Shown: positions 29,478 to 39,911 of the stretch, piece after piece
Layout: every line of letters begins with the position of its first letter
Position numbering within the stretch: position 1 is the stretch's first letter
NCBI GenBank assembly: GCA_965226195.1
Contig: OZ245333.1
Span: forward strand, 562,167-626,166
Reading direction: 5' to 3'
Length of the DNA: 64,000 bases
From: Oligoflexales bacterium
Lineage (GTDB): Bacteria > Bdellovibrionota_B > Oligoflexia > Oligoflexales > JAPPIL01
Program-made: the position numbers and the translations under genes
The notes under the pieces: model-generated
Seen by the model: only the letters and a program-made list of their open reading frames with translations
The model's database searches: none
What the model was told of the DNA's origin: nothing

Positions 29478-29906
29478 ATGATTTCCAAAAAAATCGTGTC
29501 GTTAAACGATTTTAGGGAGCTGAAAAAATCCATCGCCACCCAGACCATTCTCGTCGTCGATGACGATGAAACAATGCGAGGTGCGCTGAAGCGGGTGCTC
29601 GAACACGAGAACTACCGTGTGCTGCTGGCCGAAGACGGCATTGCCCTGTCCAAAATTCTCGAATCAACCCGTTTTGATTTGATTTTGCTCGACATAAACC
29701 TGCCGTGGATCGACGGTTACGAGCTATGCCGCGTCATCAAGTCACACTACCGCCTGAAGAACATTCCACTGATTATGGTCTCGGCACGCAAGACACAGGA
29801 GGACATCGACAATGGTTACCAGTCAGGCTGCGACGATTACGTCACCAAGCCATTCGATGTGTCTCAGATTACTGCCACCATTAGCAAAGTGCTGGGTGCT
29901 GTTTAG
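29478..29906 (+). CDS. single-domain response regulator
   Basis: LVVDDD, LLDINLP, KPF. Confidence 0.9.
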   Translation: MISKKIVSLNDFRELKKSIATQTILVVDDDETMRGALKRVLEHENYRVLLAEDGIALSKILESTRFDLILLDINLPWIDGYELCRVIKSHYRLKNIPLIMVSARKTQEDIDNGYQSGCDDYVTKPFDVSQITATISKVLGAV

Positions 29907-29949
29907 GCTCTGTTGACATTTACTTTGCTTATTTTGCAGAGGACTCTCC

Positions 29950-30193
29950 GCCGCTTTCTAGCGGCTGCGCCGCTAACTCTTTGCCGCTTTCTAGCGGCTG
30001 CGCCACTAACTCTTTGCCGCTTTCTAGCGGCTGCGCCGCTAACTCTTTGCCGCTTTCTAGCGGCTGCGCCACTAACTCTTTGCCGCTTTCTAGCGGCTGC
30101 GCCGCTAACTCTTTGCCGCTTTCTAGCGGCTGCGCCGCTAACTCTTTGCCGCTTTCTAGCGGCTGCGCCGCTAACTCTTTGCCGCTTTCTAGC
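29950..30193. repeat. intergenic 33-bp tandem array (7 units + 13 bp)
   Basis: GCCGCTTTCTAGCGGCTGCGCC(G/A)CTAACTCTTT; minus strand has TAGCGGC-GCA-GCCGCTA hairpin; no spacers. Confidence 0.97.
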
Positions 30194-30248
30194 TCCACCC
30201 CATCAGCAAAGTGCTGACAGAGTGAAACAGCCAGCACTTGCGTAAGTT

Positions 30249-31757
30249 TTACGGAGCTGCGTCCAGTTCTTCCACCAGCGACGCGGGGAAACCAGTCAAA
30301 GTCGAGACGTGCATAAAATTTATCTTGTGCAGTGACACGACCTCGATGCTACGAATTGTGGTGAGGTAACGACGCAGCTGCTCAGGCAATTCCCCCACGC
30401 CTTCCCATGCAGGGCGATCAGGTTCGTAAATTACAAAGCGCTCTACACTGTCAAGCAAGCGTTCAAGACTGGCAGTGCGAGCATTGTTCTTTGCACTTTG
30501 CAACGCTGGACGCTCAGCACTACTGTTGTTGATCAACAACAGTGGCGTTAGCACTTTGCCTGCGGCGACGAGACTTTCCAGATGTCTAACATTTAGTTTA
30601 GCCGTCGCGGTGACAATGGTAAGTGCATCTTGCCAGCCACTGTGCGGCAGAGATACTGGTTCACGCGGCAACTGTGCTTGCAACTCACGATATTGCTGCT
30701 CAGTGACACGGTAGCCCTTGATGCTTGCTGTATAGGGAGTCACCATGCCCGCGTTGATGAAATCAATGCCATGTGCATGTAAATAACGCGCCAGAGCAAA
30801 ATCAACCACCTTGACCAAATCGATGTCATCACCGAAAACCGAGTCAGGGCTGTAGACATTCTCATGCATATACCCGGCTACACCCGCAACAATTGCACCA
30901 TCGTGGTTATGCAACAACGCATTGAAAGCCTTGCCCGCAGCAAAAGCGGCCCGAAACGTGTGCTCAACATTATGGTCACGATAACGGTTCATCTCTACAC
31001 TCTGCCCTCTGCGCCCCTGATTTTGTAACGCAGTGATCGAGTGCTCGACATCTTCGTTAAAGACCACACGATAGCCCTGCTTGAACAGCGTGCGGGTCTT
31101 GTTGAACACTGCCCGCAAGCTGCGATCTTGCAAGTCCGCGGCGTGATTGATGCCCACCACCTTGCGCAAAGTGAAGGCAGCCACACTATAGTGTGGCACA
31201 TCACCGTAGTGCGAAGAAGGCGGTCTGGCTCGCACAGGGAAACTCACTTGACTTGCTGCCGAAGGCAAATACAGCTGGAATCCTTCACGGCTAACAAAAT
31301 GCCAGCGGTCAGGACGCATCACAGCAGTCGGCTCACCATCGTGCCACTCACCACCCTCGTAGAGGGCTTTCCTCGTTTGCGGCAACTCCACTAGTCCAGC
31401 AAAGTCCACGTCGTGCAGGTTTGTGACTTCAGCAAACTGTGCATTGATGAGGTAAAGCCCCTGTGTCAGCGGGTAAGGCACACGCTGCTGATGCGCAAAC
31501 GCCGTCTCCAGATTGGGCATGACGTAGACAGGCATGTTCCACAGTTTAACATCATGCTCCAACATCACGCGCCAACCGTCGGCGGCAAAGCTCGGATGGG
31601 CCACAAACTCGTCAGGAAACGGCAACACGCCCCGCAGCGTCAAGCGTAGCACATCATGATTGAGCTGTGTTCCTTGTACAAACAAACGTTCCAAAGAGGC
31701 TGCCTGTGCCGGCAACGCAAGCACAAAACAGCATAATACTGTGGCAAAACAACGCAT
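30249..31757 (-). CDS. secreted protein with Leu/Phe-tRNA-protein transferase (Aat)-like domain
   Basis: Signal peptide (AQA); VAGVAG..DSVF..K..HG..INAG..YTASIKG aligns by eye without gaps to Aat GG.YG..GESMF..SK..HG..IDCQ..HTASLGA. Confidence 0.65.
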   Translation of the reverse strand: MRCFATVLCCFVLALPAQAASLERLFVQGTQLNHDVLRLTLRGVLPFPDEFVAHPSFAADGWRVMLEHDVKLWNMPVYVMPNLETAFAHQQRVPYPLTQGLYLINAQFAEVTNLHDVDFAGLVELPQTRKALYEGGEWHDGEPTAVMRPDRWHFVSREGFQLYLPSAASQVSFPVRARPPSSHYGDVPHYSVAAFTLRKVVGINHAADLQDRSLRAVFNKTRTLFKQGYRVVFNEDVEHSITALQNQGRRGQSVEMNRYRDHNVEHTFRAAFAAGKAFNALLHNHDGAIVAGVAGYMHENVYSPDSVFGDDIDLVKVVDFALARYLHAHGIDFINAGMVTPYTASIKGYRVTEQQYRELQAQLPREPVSLPHSGWQDALTIVTATAKLNVRHLESLVAAGKVLTPLLLINNSSAERPALQSAKNNARTASLERLLDSVERFVIYEPDRPAWEGVGELPEQLRRYLTTIRSIEVVSLHKINFMHVSTLTGFPASLVEELDAAP

Positions 31758-31947
31758 TGGCTAGCACTCCTCCTTCAAGCAGTGGGAATCCAAACAGGCC
31801 AGTATCACTCTACCGAAAGAAAAAGACGCGTGTCAAGACACGTCCCGTGAAGTATCAACCTGCGCGTTTTCATAATGACGTAAAGCAGTTGACTCAAAGC
31901 TATTTTGTCTACAATGCCGCACTCACCAGCTTGATCGAGCGCAATGC

Positions 31948-33181
31948 ATGGAAAGGACATCGTTTAAATCTGTCTTCATTGCGGTATTTATCGGCACAGC
32001 ATTGATCGTCGTAGCACTGCTGTTCAACACCCACCGTCCGCAGCATGACACACAACAGCCACAAGCAGAGTTCGTGCGGGCAACAGGCAAGTGTGCCTCG
32101 TGCCATCTGCGTGAGACTGCCGCGGTCGTGCATCAGTTTGAGCGCAGCAAGCATGCACAGCTAGGTGTGAACTGCCTCGATTGCCACCGTCCTGTCGAAG
32201 GGCAGGAGGAGTATGCGCATCGTGGCTTTACGCTCGCGCAGCAACTAACCGCCAAAAATTGCAACCAGTGTCATCCAAGCGAGTATCAGCAGTTTTTGCG
32301 CAGTCGTCACGCCGCACCAGCCTGGGCCGCGGTGTATGGGGCGAGTGATTTCAGTGCAGCACAGATTGCACACGCGGAAAAATATCACAAAGGTGCCGTG
32401 CAGCGGGCGGCTAACAAATTGGCGATGCTGGAGGGTGATAGTGCCACTGCGGTCGGTTGCGCTGGTTGTCACGACATCGGCAAGCCCAACGCCGACGGCT
32501 CGATCGGTAGCTGCACTGACTGTCACGCACGGCACAGCACTTCGGTAGCGCTGGCACGTGAACCGCAGACTTGCGGGCAGTGTCACATGGGGCCGGATCA
32601 CTCGCAGCTTGAAATTTATCATGAGTCTAAACACGGAGCACTCTTCAACGCACAGCGTAATACGTTGAATTTAAGTGCCACACCACGCGAACTCACCACT
32701 GCCGACATGCCAATCCCCACCTGTGCCACTTGTCACCTCAGCGGTCTTGATGGACTGCGGGTAACACACGACACTATCGTATTGGCTGTTTGCCGCGATC
32801 TCACACAAGCGTCCAACGTATGCACAGGGACGCAACGCGATGCAAGAGGTCTGCCTGAAGTGCCATACTACCACGCCTGTTGAAAATTTTTACACGGAAG
32901 CAGAGAAGGTCGTTGCCAACACCAACGACAAGATCAAAGCCGGCAAAAAACTCATGCAAGCCCTGCGTGACGAAGGTTTGTTGACCGACACACCGTTCGA
33001 TGAGCCAATCGAGTTTCTTTATTTCGACCTGTGGCACTACTATGGTCGCACTGCCAAGCATGGTGCATACATGGGCGGGGCAGATTTTGTGCAGTGGCAT
33101 GGCAATTATGAGCTACTGTTAAAGATGATCAAAATGAAAAAGATGGCTCGTGAACTCAGAGAACGCAAAGCTAAACGCTGA
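31948..33181 (+). pseudogene. membrane-anchored octaheme (HAO-like) cytochrome c, frameshifted near 32775
   Basis: 7 CxxCH in 31948-32883 plus CLKCH in the shifted frame; CGQCHMGPDHSQ.EIY.ESKHG motif. Confidence 0.8.
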
Positions 33182-34048
33182 ACAACACGGGCGCATTGCC
33201 ATACTGCTCGATATCTTTATCGTTGCTAATCTCGCGTTCTTGGCACTCGATGTTTTCATCGCTCACGCGGCCAACGACTTCGCCCACCAAGCGGAGTGGC
33301 TGCCTTGCATCTTTGCCTTGCTAGGCTCACTGCTGCTGGTATTAACACTGTTCGGCAAAAATCTGCGCGCCGCCCACATCTGCCGCTGCGCGGTCGGCTG
33401 GGTAGCAATCGTCATCGGCATCACTGGCATGCTGCTGCATTTACACAGTCGTTTTTTCGTCGAACTGACCTTGAAAAGTCTCGTCTACACCGCACCGTTT
33501 GTCGCACCACTTGCCTTCAGCGGACTTGGCTTGCTGCTGTTGATGACTGCCAGCGTTAATCGTGCCCACCTTGCATGGGGACAGTGGGTGGTGTTTCTCG
33601 CCAACTGCGGCTGGGGGGGGGGAATTTTTTGCTGTCCGTCCTCGACCACGCACAAAATGGTTTTTTCAATCCGCTCGAATGGCTGCCTGTTGGCACAAGT
33701 GCATTTGCTATCGGCGCACTGCTGATGGTGGTCGTTAAACCACAGCAGCGGCACACTTTTTGCTTTATCGTGTTGGGCGTGAATGCACTGCTGGGCTTAG
33801 CAGGTTTTGTGCTCCACCTAAACGCTGACTTGCAACAACCCGCGCCGTTAGTGGAAAAATTTCTTTACGGCGCGCCACTGTTCGCCCCACTGCTGTTCGT
33901 CGATCTTGCTCTTCTCGCGGCAATCGGCCTGTGGCAGCTGCGCCGTGTGAGCACGGCCAGCAAAACAACTATCCTGATGATTTCGCTCGAAAAAAACAAA
34001 AAAGCTTGCCAGCAAAAAAAAAACGATAGCATACTACTCATGCCGTAG
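33150..34048 (+). pseudogene. two-repeat membrane partner protein, frameshifted at a G10 tract
   Basis: Internal duplication (H..N.F....EWLP ... AP.FAPL.F) split across frames at 33613-33622. Confidence 0.7.
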
Positions 34049-34085
34049 TTGGCTTGTTTTATTTTCTAATTTGGGGAGGTCTACT

Positions 34086-34688
34086 ATGAAACTTGGATCT
34101 GTTGCGAAACTGGTTGTGGTGGCATATGCATTGTGCTCAATGAGTGCGTTTGCCGCGGGTATCTTTGGGGAAAGGTCGAGTAGCGATGGCAGAAACTACG
34201 TCTCCTACTCCAAAGGAAAGGGGATAAGGATCTACGAAAACGCGCGTGATGAGAAGATCGAGTATGAGGTTACACTGAAAAGAGCTGTGCTCGATGATGG
34301 TAGGGATCTGCTTGAGTATAATTTTGTCAGCGGCAGTGACAACACCTATCAGCGTATCATCATAGATGAGGAGAGCGATGGCTTTCAGAAGATTTTCGTG
34401 CCGGCCAGCAGTGATGCGCAGCACGACTATAATTCCTATGTAGAAGCTGGCTGGGCACATAAAATAGAGTACGAAAAGCTGCAGAAAGAAGAAGGTACAG
34501 CAAAAAAACGCACGCTACTGATCCACTATCTCGACATGGACGGCAACAGGGTAACACATCATATACTTGCCTACAAAAGGGATGGCCAATGGGTGACAGC
34601 TGCCACAGGGTCGGTTGGCAATGCTAACGGTGTAATTTACATCTGGGGGCATGAGCTAGAGCAAGTAATCGAGCGCTATCCAGAATAA
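34086..34688 (+). CDS. secreted beta-rich hypothetical protein (paralog of 38225)
   Basis: GGAGG RBS; signal peptide; strong similarity to 38225-38827. Confidence 0.8.
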   Translation: MKLGSVAKLVVVAYALCSMSAFAAGIFGERSSSDGRNYVSYSKGKGIRIYENARDEKIEYEVTLKRAVLDDGRDLLEYNFVSGSDNTYQRIIIDEESDGFQKIFVPASSDAQHDYNSYVEAGWAHKIEYEKLQKEEGTAKKRTLLIHYLDMDGNRVTHHILAYKRDGQWVTAATGSVGNANGVIYIWGHELEQVIERYPE

Positions 34689-34700
34689 GCCAGCACACTA

Positions 34701-34743
34701 AATTGCGGGAGGACAGCAGGTCTGCTGCCCTCCCGCAATTTTC
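34701..34743 (+). terminator. intrinsic terminator
   Basis: AATTGCGGGAGG.CAGCAG / CTGCTG.CCTCCCGCAATT stem followed by Ts. Confidence 0.7.
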
Positions 34744-34830
34744 ATTCCCACAATTTTCATTGACACTATTGCTGTTGTTTTCTACGCATTATAAGCAGAC
34801 TGTTAACAATTATTTGAGAAAGGGTAACAC

Positions 34831-36315
34831 ATGCGTAGGGCGAGCAAGGTTCTGGTATGTTTCTCCCTAGTAATCGGCCTCTCTCCTGTAGGCAGCTCTG
34901 AAGTGCGAGCGTCAAACCCTGCTACACAGATAAAGAAGGCAGCGGCACACAGCTCATTGGGGGTACGGCTGCTCAATAAGGTGGCGCAATGGGGGACAAT
35001 CGTCTTGCTCTCCGCAGCTGCAACTACTGGCAACGTCGCCGCGCAAAACAAAGAAGCAACACAGACCGCACCACGGGTTAGGCAATCACGCTTTAACGGC
35101 GTTGTGGGGCATCATCGTGTTCTTCCCACCATCCCTTTACACGAGGTGCTCAAGGGAATCGATTACGATAGCCCCGAAGAGATCGATTACGGCTGGATTG
35201 AAGGCATGCTTGCATCGGGAGAGATGGATGTCAACGCCAGAAATGAAGAGAGCAACACAGCTCTGCACATAGTGGCTAAAGAACACTTCTATACCGACAA
35301 CTACGAAGATTTCAAGCTGACAAAGATTCTCTTGGCATACGGTGCTGACCCCACGTTAAAGAACTACGAAAGAAAAACCGCCCTCGACTATGCCTTAGAC
35401 TCTTCTTTCTGTTGCGTGGATAGAACTGCGGTGGAGATGGCGCGGTTACTGGTAGCTAAAGGGGCGGATGTGCATGAAGTTGATTACAGGGATCGTGCCG
35501 CCAGAGGCCTGGCCCTTCACAATGCACTGGAAGCCGCCGCGGTATTGGTAACGGACAGGCATAAGTTTATTAATCTGCTGGAAAAAGAAGAGGGTGGTAT
35601 TACTCGCAGCGTGCGAGATAAAGGCAAGCATCTTCTCAAACAGGCTGCTGAATGGGGTAACGCCGTTGTGGTTGAGGCACTGCTCGATTATGGCGTTGAC
35701 CCCAACGTCGGGCTGTTCGGGGTCGCATTATCGCGGCAAAGGACAATGGCGCGGCAAACAGTTATGAGTATCCTCATCGCCCGCGGTGCCGATATCAATG
35801 TCAGAGATGCCCAGCGGGGCAACACGCCGCTACACCGGGCCGTAGGGGAGGGCAATCTACGCAGCGTGGAAACATTGCTCGAAGGCCGTGCGCACCCTAA
35901 CATTGCCGATAAATCTGGCCAGACACCGCTGCATCGTGCCGCAGCTTACGGCGGGACGATGACAAGATTTGAGTTGGTGGGCATGCTCTTGGCAAGTGAT
36001 GCTGAGGTAAATATAAAAGATAACTACGGACACACCCCTTACGACTACGCAGTAGAAAATTATAAACTAGCTGTAGGAATACGTGCGCCGGCTGCCGCGG
36101 CTGCCGCAGCCATTCTGCTGCAAACAATGGTTGAAGACGAGGACGCACAAGGCAGAACTCCTGCGTACTGGGCAAAGTTGAGCGGCAGTGAAACTATTAA
36201 AAAGATAAGTGCAGGAGAAATGGAGATCGACCAACTGCATGACCGCACGACACGCCAGCTGGTGGTCGAAGAGCTGCTCAGGGCGATAGGTAATAGATGG
36301 TGGAAGAAACGATGA
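34831..36315 (+). CDS. ankyrin-repeat protein with tandem signal peptides
   Basis: SP1 ..EVRA, SP2 ..NVAA; NTALH, GNTPLH, GQTPLH repeats; TTGACA upstream. Confidence 0.9.
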   Translation: MRRASKVLVCFSLVIGLSPVGSSEVRASNPATQIKKAAAHSSLGVRLLNKVAQWGTIVLLSAAATTGNVAAQNKEATQTAPRVRQSRFNGVVGHHRVLPTIPLHEVLKGIDYDSPEEIDYGWIEGMLASGEMDVNARNEESNTALHIVAKEHFYTDNYEDFKLTKILLAYGADPTLKNYERKTALDYALDSSFCCVDRTAVEMARLLVAKGADVHEVDYRDRAARGLALHNALEAAAVLVTDRHKFINLLEKEEGGITRSVRDKGKHLLKQAAEWGNAVVVEALLDYGVDPNVGLFGVALSRQRTMARQTVMSILIARGADINVRDAQRGNTPLHRAVGEGNLRSVETLLEGRAHPNIADKSGQTPLHRAAAYGGTMTRFELVGMLLASDAEVNIKDNYGHTPYDYAVENYKLAVGIRAPAAAAAAAILLQTMVEDEDAQGRTPAYWAKLSGSETIKKISAGEMEIDQLHDRTTRQLVVEELLRAIGNRWWKKR

Positions 36316-36459
36316 CCTAATGCCGCAAGAGTGGCTGGCAACTGCTTGCTGGTGCGGGGGGATATTCAGCCAAACGATTGCTGCTTGACACTGCTTACTA
36401 TTGCTTTCTACAAGTAGAGGGAGGTTGGATCTGTAACAACGATTTTATAGGATATTGCT

Positions 36460-38052
36460 ATGTGTGTCGCAAGAAAGGCTTCAGTTCTGGTATGTCTCGC
36501 CCTAGTGATCAATCTCTCGCCTGTAGGCAGCCCTGAGGTGCGAGCTTCAAACGCAGTTACGAAGTTGAAGGATGTAGTGGTGCGCAGCCCGCTGGGGGCG
36601 AAAGCTCTCAACAAGGCTGTAACTTGGGGTGCGATTGCCTTATTCCCCATATCTGCCTTCACAGGCAACGTGCTGGCGAAAAACAGTGATATGCTTCATC
36701 CCGCGGAGCAGGTCGTGCAAGCGCAGTCTCCTAAAACTACAGAGGATAATGTTTCCTTCCGCATACCTCTGTATGATGCGGTAAAGAAACTTGATTACGA
36801 GCAGCTCAAAGAGTTGCTAGAGGCAGGAGAGGTAGATGTTAATGCTAGAGATGAGGAGGGTAATACGGCTTTGCACATAGTAGCTAAAGAACATCTTTAC
36901 AACTTCAGGGGCAACTCCCTGCTGAACCTTGTCTTAGCTTACGGTGTTGATGCCACGATAGTGAACGACGCGGGAAAAACAGCCCTATCGTATATTGAAG
37001 AGGAGGCTGAAGCTGTCGGCGAACCAGAGTATGCCATAGTTTTAGCCCATTGGGTGAAGGCAATGTATGGCATCAATGGTAAAGATAAAGACGGCACAAC
37101 ACCTCTCGGACACGCCTTGTCTTGGGCTGCATACCTCAGGGACATAGAACTGGCCCGCCAGTTGGTAGCCGAAGGTGCTGATGTACGTATTCCTGAATAC
37201 GACGGTTTTTTAGACATCTACAATGTTCTGGATGCAGCTGCCGTCTTGGTGATGGACAGGGACGCGTTTCTGTCGCTGGCAGAAGAACAAGAAGGAGGCA
37301 TTGCTGGCGTTGTCAAAGAACAGGGCAAACTCCTTCTCAAGATGGCTGCTGAATGGGGCAATGGAGTTGTGATCGATGTTCTGCTCGATCATGGTGTTAA
37401 TCCCAGTGTGGGGATGTTCAACGCATCGTATGTTCATGGTGATGGAGGCTCTCTTGTCGTGTCTGATAATGATCCTAATGATGAAATACTCAGCCTTCTG
37501 CTCTCCCGCGGTGCCGATGTCAACGTCAGGCACGAGCATGGTCATGCTCCACTTAACATAGCTGCGGAAGGGGGCAAACCTCGCACGGTGGAAATTTTAC
37601 TTACACATAGTGCTGATCCCAATGTTCCTGACAAGTGGGACATGACACCTCTGCACAGGGCAGCTAGTCGTTCTGTCTGGTATAGTTTTGAGATGGTAAG
37701 TATGTTATTGGCACGTGGTGCGGAAGCCAACGTTAAAGACGATGAAGGGAAAACTCCTTATGATAACGCGTTGAGGCGCTACAGAAATGCACATACAGAT
37801 AGCAAGCCATTAGCTACAGCAACTAACGCCCTCTTGCTACAAGCAATGGTCGGCGTTGAAGGCAAGGACGCACAAGGCAGAACTCCTGCGTACTGGGCAA
37901 AACTGAGTGGCAGTAAAACCGTTCAAAAGATAATTGCTAGTGAGATAGAAATCACTCAGTTATTCGACCAAGAAACACGCCAGCGGGTGAAACAAGAGCT
38001 GATCACAGCAGGAGAAGAGCTGGAAAAGGCAGAAAGAGAAAGGCGTAGATAG
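36460..38052 (+). CDS. ankyrin-repeat protein with tandem signal peptides (paralog of 34831)
   Basis: SP1 ..EVRA, SP2 ..NVLA; shared GRTPAYWAKLSGS C-terminal motif. Confidence 0.9.
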   Translation: MCVARKASVLVCLALVINLSPVGSPEVRASNAVTKLKDVVVRSPLGAKALNKAVTWGAIALFPISAFTGNVLAKNSDMLHPAEQVVQAQSPKTTEDNVSFRIPLYDAVKKLDYEQLKELLEAGEVDVNARDEEGNTALHIVAKEHLYNFRGNSLLNLVLAYGVDATIVNDAGKTALSYIEEEAEAVGEPEYAIVLAHWVKAMYGINGKDKDGTTPLGHALSWAAYLRDIELARQLVAEGADVRIPEYDGFLDIYNVLDAAAVLVMDRDAFLSLAEEQEGGIAGVVKEQGKLLLKMAAEWGNGVVIDVLLDHGVNPSVGMFNASYVHGDGGSLVVSDNDPNDEILSLLLSRGADVNVRHEHGHAPLNIAAEGGKPRTVEILLTHSADPNVPDKWDMTPLHRAASRSVWYSFEMVSMLLARGAEANVKDDEGKTPYDNALRRYRNAHTDSKPLATATNALLLQAMVGVEGKDAQGRTPAYWAKLSGSKTVQKIIASEIEITQLFDQETRQRVKQELITAGEELEKAERERRR

Positions 38053-38224
38053 AGCAGCGCTAAATATAGCAGAGGGGAAATAACCCTTCTGCTGCAGCTC
38101 TGACTTTTACGCGAAAAGTGGCACTGCGAAAAAAACCAAAAAAGACTTGCTGACAAAAAAAATGTCAGTATACTGCCCGTGCCGTTGTTGGCATGTTTTA
38201 TTTTTTCAATTTTGGAGATCTGTT

Positions 38225-38827
38225 ATGAAATTCTGGTCTGTTGTTACCCTAGCTATTGCAGCATGTACATTGTATTCGGTGAGTACGTTCGCCGCGGATA
38301 TTTTCAGCAAATCGTCTAGTGATAGTGGTGGATGCCAGATCTACACTGGTAAGGGGGAAATGCACTATGAAACTGCCCGTGATCAGGTAATCAGCTATGC
38401 GGTGACGCTGAAGGTGAGTCAACTCGGTGATGGCAAGGACTTGCTGGACTACAGCTTCGTTATCAACGGACAAGCGAACCGCTTTCCGATAATCATCGAC
38501 GAAGAAAGCGCCGCTTTTCAAAAGGTTCTCGTACCGACGAGCGATGATGCGCAGGACGACTATGCCTCTTACATCGAAACTGGCTGGAGTCATAAACTGG
38601 AGTATGAGGAAATACACCAAGATGAAGGCACGCCGAAAAAACGCACCACACTGTTCAGCTTCCTCGATGAAAACGGCAACAGGATCACAGAACACATTCT
38701 CGCCTACCGCAAGGCTGGGAAATGGCAGCTTACCTCCACTGGCTCAATTGGCAACACCGACGGAGTGATATTCATCTGGGTACACAAGCTATCACAGACA
38801 GATGAGTGCTCGCCGGCAACCAACTAG
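38225..38827 (+). CDS. secreted beta-rich hypothetical protein (paralog of 34086)
   Basis: Signal peptide; upstream ~100 bp similar to that of 34086. Confidence 0.8.
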   Translation: MKFWSVVTLAIAACTLYSVSTFAADIFSKSSSDSGGCQIYTGKGEMHYETARDQVISYAVTLKVSQLGDGKDLLDYSFVINGQANRFPIIIDEESAAFQKVLVPTSDDAQDDYASYIETGWSHKLEYEEIHQDEGTPKKRTTLFSFLDENGNRITEHILAYRKAGKWQLTSTGSIGNTDGVIFIWVHKLSQTDECSPATN

Positions 38828-38884
38828 TTCAGCAGTGTTGATAACACTTAGCCTCTAGCTCTGTTACTTGCCTATCATCGACCC

Positions 38885-38924
38885 TATCCACTGCCTGACA
38901 GACCCATTGTGTAGGCAGTGGATA
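38885..38924. terminator. hairpin between secreted gene and atp operon
   Basis: TATCCACTGCCT / AGGCAGTGGATA 12-bp inverted repeat. Confidence 0.4.
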
Positions 38925-38983
38925 AAACCTCTTGAGTAAACTTTTATTTTGCAGTATTTAATCCTGCTACTGCGAGGAGTAAG

Positions 38984-39442
38984 ATGGCAGACTTCAATCT
39001 AGTGCCAGTGCCGAGAGTCTTGTTGGTGCAAGCAGGCATCTTCATCGCCAACACCATCATCATCAAGAAGCTGCTGATCGAGCCTTACTTGAAACTAAAG
39101 GCAAAGAGACTCGATTATACTGAACGCAAGCAAGCTGCGGCAACAGCGCGCTTTGCTGCACTGGAGAAGGAGTTGGCAGAGCTGCGGGCACAGCGACGTA
39201 GCAGGCTTAGTGCACTAGCTCAGTTGCGGCGCAAAAAGTACGAGCAGGCACGCGCACGGCGCGAAGAGCTTATCGTTACCGCCACCCGTGAATCCGAAGC
39301 TGCCATCAAGGAGGCAAAGTCAGGTTTGCGCAAGGAATTCGAGGCGGCCCAAGCCGATCTCGATAGCACTGTCAGTGATCTCAGTCAGGAGATGTTTGAC
39401 CTCTTGTTATCACCAAACGGGGAAAAACATGCACGGCGTTGA
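38984..39442 (+). CDS. atpF2: ATP synthase F0 subunit b'
   Basis: N-terminal TM then coiled coil; first gene of atp cluster. Confidence 0.75.
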   Translation: MADFNLVPVPRVLLVQAGIFIANTIIIKKLLIEPYLKLKAKRLDYTERKQAAATARFAALEKELAELRAQRRSRLSALAQLRRKKYEQARARREELIVTATRESEAAIKEAKSGLRKEFEAAQADLDSTVSDLSQEMFDLLLSPNGEKHARR

Positions 39443-39911
39443 GTTTTTAAGCGGGGTGCTGTTCCCCTTTCTCAATTTTTTTATGTTCCTCGCCGTGCTA
39501 CTTTATTTTATCCGCAAGCCGTTGCAGCAGTTTGCCTACAACCAGCACGAGAGTTTTCTCCACAGTGCCCGTACTGCCAGCGCCAAAGCCGCAGAGCTGG
39601 AAACACTAGAAGCTGAAATGCAAAGTGAGCGCACTCGCATCGACAAAGACCTGCCCGCCCTCGAAGCACAAACGATTGCCGATGCCGAGCAGGAAGCGGC
39701 AGTACTAGCGGCGGAAGGCGGCAAGGTCGCGGCACAGATAAGAAGCGAAGTGCAGCAAGTTACCACTGCCTTTCGCACCGAACTGCGGGTCGAACTCAAG
39801 CGCATCATCTTGCAGCACGTGCAACAGCAGCTGCAAGAGCGTCTACCACAACACACAAAACGCAGCGATGCTCGCGCGGTGCGTTCCTTGCAAGCAGGGG
39901 GTAAGCGATGA
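39429..39911 (+). CDS. atpF: ATP synthase F0 subunit b
   Basis: LNFFMFLAVLLYFIRKPL plus coiled coil. Confidence 0.85.
   Translation: MHGVEFLSGVLFPFLNFFMFLAVLLYFIRKPLQQFAYNQHESFLHSARTASAKAAELETLEAEMQSERTRIDKDLPALEAQTIADAEQEAAVLAAEGGKVAAQIRSEVQQVTTAFRTELRVELKRIILQHVQQQLQERLPQHTKRSDARAVRSLQAGGKR

Noticed and set aside
29950-30193. CRISPR array
   Set aside because: The 33-bp units are contiguous with no unique spacers, and no cas genes are present.
29913-30245. ORFs on both strands over the 33-bp array
   Set aside because: Open only because the period is a multiple of 3; no RBS or non-repeat domain.
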